From contig CM052816.1 in the NCBI GenBank assembly GCA_028534125.1, positions 51,524,001 to 51,588,000 of the forward strand: a stretch of 64,000 nt of DNA, read 5' to 3'. This document shows, one piece after another, positions 53,718-64,000 of the stretch. Source of the DNA: Lama glama. Its lineage: Eukaryota. Position 1 is the first letter of the stretch. Every line of letters starts with the position of its first letter. A model generated the notes under the pieces. The model saw only the letters and a program-made list of their open reading frames with translations, did no database searches and was not told where the DNA came from. The position numbers were made by a program, and so were the translations under genes.

Positions 53718-53895
53718 TTTTTTTTTCGAATTCTTTTTTTAAAATATTTTATTTGTTTATTATTTTATTTTATTTTGGCAGGGGTGGGGGAGGTAATTAG
53801 GTTTTAACTTATTTTTAGAGGAGGTACTGGGGATTGAACCCAGAACCTCATGAGTGCTAAGCATGCACTCTATCACTTGAGCTATATCCTCCCCC
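53718..53895 (-). mobile_element. tRNA-derived SINE (camelid Vic-type by recall)
   Basis: Minus strand GGGGGAGGATATAGCTCAAGTGATAGAGTGCATGCTTAGC...GGTTCAATCCCCAGTACC with Pol III A and B boxes, A-rich tail, agcaa flanking duplication (53713-17 and 53896-900). Confidence 0.88.
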
Positions 53896-54169
53896 AGCAA
53901 CCTTTTAAAAAAGTCTCTTTCGTATATTTACAGTATCAGAATCCAAAACAATCCAAAAACTTTAAATAAATAATTTGAAAACTGCTTATTCGGCCTGACC
54001 TAGTTATTTTACTAGAAAAGAAACTTGGTACCCAAAGATGTAAAGAATATGATATGCCATTGTTTCAAATGAGTGAGGTTTAGCCAGGAAAACTCACGTT
54101 TTCCAAGTTTTCATTGAATACTTTTTCAATACTGTACTGGATGAAATTTTTGTTATGTCTGCAGTTGAG

Positions 54170-54620
54170 AGGCATTTTTAAAGCATGTTCAAAAAATCAT
54201 AAATTCTCTTTAGGATGATTAATCTGACGGCATTGTGTAAGAGAAACTGAAGAAGGGAAAGGACTAAGGTCAAAGACTGTGTGGAGGCTAGGCTAGTAGT
54301 CTTGGTGTGAGCTGAAAAGCCCTTGAATTATGGTGGTGGTAAATGAGATGGAAAATCAAGAATGAAACTGAAGAATTAAAAAGATGAAATTTGTCTGGTT
54401 GTAAGTATTGAGGAAGAGAGAAAAATTTAAAATAATTTGTACTTAACATGTCTGATGAACTGAGACTTGGGACAGTGTTAGCAGAAATCTGAAATTTGGA
54501 AGAAAGAAAGTGGGTTCAGCTATAAAAGTGAGTTAGTTAATGAAGGAATAAGGGTAAGATAAGAATAGAGGCCTGGGGATAGAAATTTGGAAACATTCAT
54601 ACTCAGGGGTGATAAGAAGG
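54170..54620. mobile_element. L2 fragment
   Basis: ttttaaagc...ggaggctagg...ccttgaattatggtggtgg...tgaggaagagagaaaaatttaaaataatt. Confidence 0.55.
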
Positions 54621-56922
54621 AAAGGGCTAGCATTAAGACAAGGGGAAAATATGACACAGTGAGAGGTAAATACTCATCACACTTGCTAGACTGGCTTAGA
54701 TGGCATGACTGGTGTGCTTCTATAACCTAGAAAATTGATTGAATCTGTTCACTGTTTCTGGATGCATCCAATGTGAACTCGGTATCCTAGGGCAACTAAT
54801 AAAATGTGTTTGGTGTTAAGGTACTATCTTGAGTTCCTAAAATATTCAAAAGCTGTTTATGGTTTTTGAAGCAAGACTTGAGGCTCCAACTATGTCAATG
54901 CCTGGGTGATTTTTATCGGCCACAATTTCATTTTAGAAAGCAGTCATGTATTGTATAGGGGGGAAAGTAGATTCAAATTTGGAGAAGAATAAGTGGACTT
55001 AAATGATCCATGGGTTCTTCCAGAAGTTTTTGAAACTTAGATTAATAGGTATGGAAACCTCAATATATTAGCCTTCTTTCTTCATTGAAACTTTGTTTTA
55101 GCAAACATGTATTGACTTCCCTGTTAAATAAAGAGTAATGTAACAATTCTCATACCTTAGGGAGGTAAGTGTATGTGAAGACTATAAAAATATATCATGT
55201 TGAATTTGGTAGTCTAGTGGCTTGTACTTAATTGGTACTCAGTATTTGATGAAAGAATGTTCTTTCTTCACACATGCTGTGTCTAAACTAAGTGCCCCCA
55301 CTTCCATGGGAACATCGTACTACTACTCTTAATGTAATCCATTCAGTATTTCCTCTTCTTGCTTTCCTTTGATAATTACCTTATCCTGTTGATCCCTCTT
55401 CTTGACCATCATCCTTTCTTTGTCAGCTTTCTATGTCATCCTTTCTTTTTCAAATTAGATATGAAAAGAGAAAATGAAGAAAAATATTTCAGAGCTGTGA
55501 AGGTATAATTTTTATTATGGACCAGAGTCCCAATATGTAAAGGAAATGGAATGTCTTTAGATATCACAAAATGACTTCTGTATTGTTTACAATAGTACAC
55601 CTTAATTTAAGGCATTTTAGAAATTATGGGCATAATTTCCATATGCATTTTTCATCAACACACAGCCACATAAACCAGACTAACTTATTTCCTTTTTGCT
55701 CTAATCTGGAATATCCCCATGAAAGAACCTTGGGAGCTTGTAGTAAATTAAATTTGTAGACCTATTCCATCACAGGCTGCCTACCTGCATACCTTTCTAT
55801 TATTTTCCAGACCATGAGTATAACCTTGGAGCTTTTCTACCCATTTTCCTTTGTCATTTGTTTTCTCACAAGGTGCCTACTCTTTTCTTATAAGTCTAGA
55901 ATTTTCATTTTATTCACTGCAGAGACAGGCAGGAGGTTACACAACAAACACTGGGAAGTTTACAGAAAATTAGAAATGTCAGCAAGATTTTATATTTGAA
56001 ATACAAATGGAACTTACCTGGTTTTACCTCCATGTTCACATTGTTGATTATTTATTTATTTTATTTGTGTTTGAGGGGTTGTGGGGAGAGTGGAATGGGT
56101 CAGGGCGTTGTAAGTCTCTTATTTGGGAATCATTCTGCTGTCTTTACTGGATGAGAGATCAAGCTTCTTCAAGTTTGGACCAAGAAAGGACTGAGCTGGC
56201 ACCACTGCTGAGTTCTTTAGAACTTGTGGTATCCTTGGAAACCTCTCACTGTCCAAGTGGTCTCTCTGAGAGGGGAAAATGATTAAGGAGGGCACTTTCC
56301 TATCTGATCCTCAAAGGTGCTCCTCCTGTTCCTCAGCTGCTTTTAAATGCTTAGTTTTCCATCAGCTTGTCCACTTGCTGGGACTTTCAAGCTAATTCTG
56401 CCTTTGAGAGAAACTGAACTTTTGTGTTCTTAATGAATGTTTGGGTTTAGTTTCTTCAGGGCCAGTGAGGCTTAGTGGAAGGTGTTACTGGGGGAAGCCT
56501 TTTATTACTAAATCCCTTTGGTTGCTTTTCCCTGGCTCTTACGTTTTCCTGTGTCAGAGTTGTGCAGCCAGGTGGATCTTCTGTTGAATTCGTGTCTTAC
56601 CTGAGAGACATTCATTTCTAGAAGAAAAATGATTGGTGCCCTTGCTCAGGGACTTGCCTGCTCAGATCGATTTCCCATATGTTCTCTGAATAAACTCTCA
56701 GCCTCCTTTTCTGAATTTAAGTTCTTTTAAACAGTAATCAACCTAAACAGTTGCCATCACTGGGAAAAGGTAGGCTTTCCTCTTATAATTCCCTGCTTCT
56801 GCACTTGCAAGGTCTCCTGTCATTCAGGGTACAAGTCAAATTCTGCCTCTTTAATGAGGACTTTCCTAACTATTTTGACCTTAGTAAAATGTCCACCTTA
56901 TTGATTTAAAAATAGGAGATTG

Positions 56923-57125
56923 TTTTATTTTCTAGATTTGACATATGAGTGATACCACACAGTGTTTGTCTTTCTCTGTCTGACTTATTTCACTTAGCAT
57001 AATACCCTCTAAGTCTATCTATATTGTTACAAATGGCAAAATTTCATCCTTTTTTGTGGATGAGTTGTGCACCTGTAACTTATATAGTATTGGACATCAA
57101 CTGTACCTCAGTAATACAATAGAAT
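56923..57125. mobile_element. Short 5'-inverted L1 insertion
   Basis: Minus-strand L1 3' segment (56923 to about 57065) joined to a plus-strand L1 terminus and A-rich tail. TSD at 56909-56922 and 57126-57139. Confidence 0.8.
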
Positions 57126-58176
57126 AAAATATGAGATTGCCTGTCAGTCCTCTACCTGATATGCTTTTCATTGACTGTTTGGTTAAAATAATATCCTTTC
57201 ATTCCTCCCCTTCTTCTTTTTAAAAAAATTTTTATGGAGATTAAGTAATAATAGCAAGATTGAATTGAAACAGAAAAAATTGTCTCAGTAATTTTTTTTG
57301 AAATAAGAAAGAGCCAGCAGGATTTTTTCCCTTATTTTAGGAAGTTTAAGAAGCAAGAATTATATGTAGTTTTTTGTAATTTAAATATATATGTAGTTTT
57401 CATGAGCTGTTAGTACCTGCCAGGAACAAACAGCAGCATCTGATACTTTCCTTCCTCATATCAGGAGGCTACACTGGCAATAAAGGGAGGGGCTTAGGGG
57501 ATTGGGTTTGATTAATTTTTATTTAAGAAAAGGAAATTTAGGGGTTTTTTTAGTTGAACTATAAATTCTATAAAGCCTTATTTATTTATATTAACGAATA
57601 ATGGAAGTTAATTAGAAATCTAAAGAATGAATAATAAAGCTTGTCATTAAATATTTGTAGAGAAGAAATTGTGTGTGTTTTTCCTTGAGTAATATTAGTA
57701 GGTATGTACCTAATTTACTGTAGTGGTGCTACCAAGAGTAAGAATATAAAAACCGTCCCTTTGTTGGCGGCGGGGCCGGGTGTCAATGAATTGAATTAGA
57801 GTTAAAACCAATTCAGGAGGGTAAACAGTAATTCAGTTCAGGGCTTTTATTTTTGTAATTTTTATTTAGAAAGAAGGAGTTTTCTTGAATGAATCTTCCT
57901 GAGGATCAGCTTTTAAAATAATGAATAAGAAATATAAGTTTGACTAAATAAAATTAAAATTTTTAAAGATTTAGTTCTATATAATGAACAATTAGAGAAA
58001 GAGAGTGGGAATCAGAAATAAGAACTTGATATTTAGGAAAGTTCTGAAAGCCAGAGATTAATTTATATATTAAACTAGCATTTTAATGAAAAAAAGTAAC
58101 TCTTCAATTTAAACATGCAGGTAAACACTAGTCAGATTTATTAAAAATACTTTAAATTCTTATCTCATGAGTTCTT

Positions 58177-58789
58177 TTTTTATTGAAGTATAGTTGACTT
58201 ACAATGTTGCTTTAATTTCTGGTGAACAGCATAGTGATTCGTTTGTAAATATATATATATATTCCTTTTCATATCCATTTTCATTATAGGCCATTACAAG
58301 GGATTGATTTAGTTCCCTGTGCTACACAGTAGGATTTTGTTGTTTATCTATTTTATATATAGTAGGTAGTATTTATAAATCCCAAACTCCTAATTTATCG
58401 CTCCCCATCTCCTTTCCCCCCAACTGGTAACCATAAGTTTGTTTTTTATGTCTGTGAATCTGTCTCTGTTTTGTAAATAAGTTCATTTGTGTCTTTTTCA
58501 GATTCCACATATAAGTGATATATTGTATTTTTCTTTCTCTTTCTGACTCATTTCACTTAGTATGATGATCTTCAGGTCCATTCATGTTGCTGCAAATGAC
58601 ATTTTTAAGGCTGAGTAGTATTCTATTGTATATGTTTGTATACATATGTATATGTACAATTAGATTGGTCCCATATATATATATACACACACACATACAC
58701 ATACACACCACAACTTATTTATCCAGTCATCTGTTTTATCCAGACATTTCAGCTGCTTTCAATATCTTGGCTATTGTAAATTGTGCTGT
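58177..58789 (-). mobile_element. 5'-truncated L1 (3'UTR plus ORF2 end)
   Basis: Same 3'UTR type as 15420 and 27020. Perfect 13-bp TSD ctcatgagttctt at 58164-58176 and 58793-58805. Confidence 0.92.
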
Positions 58790-59229
58790 TAGCTCATGAG
58801 TTCTTGATATCTCCTTACTTCATTTAAGTAGAGAAAAAAAATCCTTTAATTAAACTGTTCCAGAATATTAAAAGTAAGTTTTTATCATATTGAAAGCTTG
58901 GAAGAATTGCTATTAGGTTCCTCAGATAATATTTTCATATTCATTGTATATCACTTTACATGGTCAATGATGTCATTAAAAAGATCTGATCATCAGTGCC
59001 TAGCTGAATGAAACATTTAAATTTTAAAGCAGTTAAGATTTATTTTGTATTATAATCAAAACATTTACTTTTCAAGACCTTTGTTGCCATTTTACCTGAA
59101 ATTGAAATCATGGTAGCCTTGTGGCCAAATTGAACTTATCCTGCTTATTAAAAATATAAGCAAGCTTATGCAACTTAATGTATCATTTTTATTTATGATG
59201 GACATTTAGCTAATAGAGTTTAATTTTAG

Positions 59230-60710
59230 CTGTTTGGGTATTCACAACTGAGGTCCAAAGATCATGGAGTCAGAAGAGATAGCCATTTCTGCTATTCACT
59301 GTCCAAAGTCCTGAACTACAGAACCCATGAGCAAAATAAAAGGGTTGTTACTTTTTTCTGCTAATAAGTTTGGTTATTATACAGCAATAGATAGTCAGAA
59401 CAGAATTTTATAGCTGGAAGTAGGGTGCTGCTGTAACAAAAGCTCAAAGTACATGGGACCAGCTGGTGGGCGGAGAAGACTTCATGAAACCTGGAAGGGG
59501 TTCTTGGTGATGGTTGGTAAGGGCTTGAAAGTACAGTAAGTGAAAGACAATATTATTTGAAGCTGGAAATAAGACCTTTATTATCTAGTGGTAGCAAAAC
59601 TGTTACCCAGGGTAGCATGGAAAATAGTGAATGAACTGACAGATCTGGCAAAGGAGATTTCCAGGCATAATGGCTAAAGTACTGTCAACTGTTTCTTTTA
59701 ACTATGTCTCATAAAATATGAATGAATGGAGATGAGCTAAAGAAGGAATTCTTGTTTTCGACCAGAGTTTGGAGGAAATATAAAGGGAAAAGTTCAGTTT
59801 TTCCAGCCTGCAAAGGGTTCTCAAAGTAAGGAAGGACCTCAGAAAAAAAATCAAATCCAGAGTGAAGTTAGGAAAATGTGATCTTCAGGCAAAAATGAGA
59901 CTAAGATGTAACTATAAAACTTTTAAGATTCAGAAACACTTGAGGTGGTCTTTGTGGACACTAAGACACATAAGAAGCCTTCAAGTATCTTAAGGGCATG
60001 CCTCCTAGTTCTGTTCTGTTAAACAAAAGGGCTCCTAAGAACTGAAGGGCTTTGTCCCACAGCAGCCTCACAGAGAGATTTCACAGAGATCTGTGATTGA
60101 TACATAAGAAACCTCTAAAGTTTTAAAAAGAATTAAATCATCCTGGACTTGTACTGAAACAACACAAAATGAAGAGACTTCTGGATCCATGAACTTCTGT
60201 AGGCAGGAAAAAAGCTAAGAAAAGTTTTCAGTTACAAACATGGGCTTCTTGTTTATGGAAAAGGAAATATAACTCAGATGGTGGAACCAAGAGGCTAGAG
60301 GGCAGAACCCAGAACACAGAGAAATACGCCCACTGAGTGGGGCTGGAGCCTGATCAGGGTACTGGTTCCATGTGCCCTGCTGGATGCTAGAATTATTGTA
60401 GACCAGTGTCATTTACACGCTTCCTAGCTTTTACCCACACCTTTCTGAACAGAAATATCTATTGTGATTATCGTGTCCTGGAAAACTAGGTATTTTGGAT
60501 GTGTGGGAGCTGGGTAACTTGTTCTTTAGTTCACGGATCTTCATATTGAGAGGAGTTGTACTCACATCGATTGCATCTTGACCTGATATAGATGATTAGA
60601 TACTGGACTTTGAACTAATGGTGTAATTATGAGGAGATTTGGGATTGTGGGAAAGGGAATGAGTATATCTTGGGTTGGGATGTGAACTGCTGTGAAAATA
60701 GGGCGGATTG
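59230..60710 (+). mobile_element. MaLR element: partial LTR (to about 59402) plus MLT1-type internal region
   Basis: LTR end ttatacagcaatagatagtcagaaca followed by gaatttt...gtagggtgctgctgtaacaaa (MLT-int start); MLT-int-like end tggactttgaactaatg...gaatgagtatat. Confidence 0.75.
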
Positions 60711-60722
60711 CACCAGACTGAG

Positions 60723-61210
60723 TTTTTTAAATTAAACTTTCTGTTTTGAGATAACTATAGATTCACACACAGTTGTAAGAAATAATACAGAGTTGTAAGA
60801 AATAATAATAATAATAATAATGCATGTACTCTTTACTTAGTTTCCTCTGATGGTAACATCTTGGAAAACCCTAGTACAATAACTCGGCTTGACATCCAGA
60901 ACACATGTAACCAGTACCTTGATCAGGGGCCAGTACTACTTACTGGGAGACTTCTCTGTGTTCTGGGTGCTGTCCTCTAGCTTCTTGGTTCCAGCATCTT
61001 GATAGAATCCACCAATCTAATTCAGATTTACCCAGTTTTACTTGTGCTCTCATGTGTGTGTGTGTGTGTATGTGTATGCAGTTTTGTGTGATTTTTATCA
61101 TGTGTGGATTCATGTATCCACCACCACAGTCAAGGTACACAACCAGGATTCCTCCTGTTGCTCTTTTTTTAACCACACCTGCCTCCCTACTCTGTTTCTA
61201 CCTGCCAAAT
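60723..61210 (-). mobile_element. L1MC/MD-type 3' end
   Basis: ttttgagataactatagattcacacacagttgtaagaaataatacagag...ggtaacatcttg...ttcagatttacccagttttacttgtgctc...accaccacagtcaag. Confidence 0.75.
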
Positions 61211-62149
61211 TGATTTCTATTACAGCATTAGCTTACATTATAAATGTGAATACCCTTTGAAAACATGTATATTATACATAAGATCATTTTATTAAATTGC
61301 TTCTATAGAAATTACCAACAAAAACCTCAATTTAGAAATATATAATGGTTGATTTTTTTCAAATTCAGAATTTATCTGTTAATGAAATCAACTACTATTA
61401 ATCAATAAAATTTACTTTAATTCAACTTACTATTTTTCGCTGCTGTCCAGAGATGGTTTAAAACACTGATATAAATGCTACATTTGTGTGTGGTCTGTTG
61501 TATAGATAGATTGGGCAATAGTGTAATGATTTTGCTTTTATATTTCAAAAATGTATACCCCAAAGAGTGATATTTTTATTCTCTGTTGTTCAACATATTC
61601 AGTCAAAGGTAACCAAATATGAAGAGCTATAAAGAAAGCATTCCTAAAGGAAAGAATTGCCTTTCTGTGCTACTTCCATATCTATTACACTGTACTATTT
61701 TGTTGCTATGGTAAGAAAAATAGGCCAAATAATTTGTAAGGAATTTAGTGTTTTTCCTTTTTAAATTTTTGATTACCAAATTATTTCTGGTTTCTTCTTC
61801 CCTTTTTCCTTTTTCTCTCATATGCTCAGCTCTTCCTTACAGTCTTTTCCTGTGATTCTGAATTATTTATAACAGTGCCAGAAGTATTATGAACATCAGT
61901 GTGAGCTGTATTTTCTAATTCAGATATATGCAGGCTCTTTAACTTTGTAGAACTTTAGTGTATGATAAGCATTATTTGTGATCCACAGATAGAAATATCT
62001 AAAATTGTTATGTGTGATTTATCTTATTTCTAACATCTAATCTACATCTTCTTTTTTTATTTTAAAAAGACAGATCATCTCAACCCATTCTTTTTTATTT
62101 TACTCCTTTAATTAAAACTGTATTTACTGACCTTGCCTTAAAAAGGGTC

Positions 62150-62714
62150 TCTTTACTATCTGGCACTCCCCTAGAAGTTGACTGCTTTGCTTGTTAATTG
62201 ATGCTTTCCAGCCTGGTGGTACAGGACACTGGATGGCATTCTCTGATGTTCTGATTCAGCCTCAGTGTTAGGCAGGGGTTGTTTCCCTGGGTCTCAAGGC
62301 TGTCCCATTCTGAGTAATCCTGTCCTATCCCAGTGATAAGGGGTCCCAGGTAGTCTTGGTTTAAGATGTTTTTCCACCCCTCCCCCTCCAGGGATGGAGA
62401 GTTTTTTCCTGTTCTTTTCCTCAGCTAAATTGGGTCTTGGCCTGTGCCCTGAGGACTATAGGTTTTTTTGTTGTTTCTTAGGAGAGAGAGGATTAGGTGG
62501 AGCTTTGTTCTTTTTTCACAGTAGCTGCTTTTCCTCTCCTGCAGGCCTGCTACATGAGGGAGTGTCTCTCCAGTTTCTTGGTTTCCCCCTATTTTCTTGT
62601 GAGCACCTTGTGAGGTATGTGTGGAGAAGAGTCTGTAACTAGATGAGCATTCCCTGATGTTTCTGGCTCCCAAGGATTCTGCATTCTCATGCTGACTCAC
62701 ACTCAGCCTTTAGC
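62150..62714 (-). mobile_element. Old L1M 5' region fragment running into the gap
   Basis: ttggcctgtgccctgagg, ttcttgtgagcaccttgtgagg, cactcagcctttagc; similar to 7940-8075. Confidence 0.5.
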
Positions 62715-63214
62715 NNNNNNNNNNNNNNNNNNNNNNNNNNNNNNNNNNNNNNNNNNNNNNNNNNNNNNNNNNNNNNNNNNNNNNNNNNNNNNNNNNNNNN
62801 NNNNNNNNNNNNNNNNNNNNNNNNNNNNNNNNNNNNNNNNNNNNNNNNNNNNNNNNNNNNNNNNNNNNNNNNNNNNNNNNNNNNNNNNNNNNNNNNNNNN
62901 NNNNNNNNNNNNNNNNNNNNNNNNNNNNNNNNNNNNNNNNNNNNNNNNNNNNNNNNNNNNNNNNNNNNNNNNNNNNNNNNNNNNNNNNNNNNNNNNNNNN
63001 NNNNNNNNNNNNNNNNNNNNNNNNNNNNNNNNNNNNNNNNNNNNNNNNNNNNNNNNNNNNNNNNNNNNNNNNNNNNNNNNNNNNNNNNNNNNNNNNNNNN
63101 NNNNNNNNNNNNNNNNNNNNNNNNNNNNNNNNNNNNNNNNNNNNNNNNNNNNNNNNNNNNNNNNNNNNNNNNNNNNNNNNNNNNNNNNNNNNNNNNNNNN
63201 NNNNNNNNNNNNNN
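62715..63214. other. Assembly gap, 500 N
   Basis: Run of N. Confidence 1.
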
Positions 63215-64000
63215 CTGTTCAGCTCCGTTGTTCATGATACATACTGGGTTACACATTTGATCTGAAAGGTCCACAATTCCTGCTTTGATTTTCTTTCTGG
63301 TAAACTCTTTTTAAATTTCTGTCTAGAGCCTGGTAATTCTTTTCAGCACTTTCCTCCCCACCCCAGACACATCTCTAAGGCAAATTATGAGAGAGACGAT
63401 TTGAAATTGGTGGGGAAAGGAAATCCCACTTTTAAGGAGTAGAAAAATATGGGTTTTGGTGTAAGCTCTTCTTTTATTAGTTAATTCGTCTAGAATTAAT
63501 CACTCATCTAGCTGAACATCTTTTTTCACCTTTAAAAGAGGATTTTAAGACCATTGTTCCTCTTATAGAGTTGCTGCAAGAGTCAAATTGTGTATAAATG
63601 ATCCCTGAAAAATGTAAAACTCTGTAAAAATTGTGATTTTATTATTACCTTTCTCAGTATACTTTCACCCATGAGTGCATTTATTTTTACCAAGATAAAG
63701 TGGACCAGCTATAATCTATCTGACTTCCTGTTTTTGATTTATTTAAAGAACTTTTTATTATTGGTTTAAAGACTCTTGCAAGAGCGTGAATTTTTTTTTT
63801 TTTGATTTATCTAACTTCTGATTTGAACCTCTCATGCTCTGCTTCATAGACTTCCGTGTTTTTCTTTTGTGGTCACAATTTTCTTATCTCAAAATATGTC
63901 TTTCTACCTTTTAAAGATCTTTTTTTTTTTACTTTATTAGTTGCCCATGTAAAAGTTTATTAGCTACTATTTGTATTTTTGAAGTTCTGATTTTTTTGAT

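Noticed and set aside
53820..53895. tRNA gene on the minus strand
   Set aside because: It continues into a SINE body and A-rich tail with flanking duplication, so it is a SINE head.
57765..57782. GC-box ggcggcggggccggg as a promoter
   Set aside because: Isolated 15-nt patch with no CpG island or exon support.
60768..60821. Tandem duplication agttgtaagaaataata plus (AAT)n
   Set aside because: Ordinary slippage inside an old L1 3' end.
62687..63274. 182-aa and 195-aa ORFs
   Set aside because: Artefacts of the 500-N gap.
1..64000. Novel multi-gene system or additional protein-coding genes from the short ORF track
   Set aside because: Remaining ORFs are short, biased toward AT-rich codons, often within repeats, and show no recognisable domains. 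The window is explained as SSBP2 introns plus three exons.

Overview
AT-rich mammalian genomic DNA, probably camelid judging from the tRNA-derived SINE and L1 3' ends (inference). The whole window lies inside one + strand gene, SSBP2. Three short coding exons (26453-26525, 34825-34886, 46423-46507), all with AG/GT boundaries, splice in frame to give most of the N-terminal LisH/LUFS domain: (K)[73 protein letters not shown]. The first exon and the downstream exons were not found in the window. The rest is intron filled with L1, L2, L3/CR1, MIR, MaLR LTRs, hAT/Tigger/piggyBac-type DNA elements, microsatellites and a 500-N gap. None of the supplied ORFs is a real host gene. I found no support for a new multi-gene system. 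The best leads are a piggyBac-like MITE with twin palindromes, a candidate hairpin-associated 30-nt poison exon, a two-part L1 under one target-site duplication (TSD), a 5'-inverted L1, and a RUNX motif cluster. Repeat family names come from recall of consensus sequences, not from a search. Repeat boundaries are approximate unless a TSD is given.
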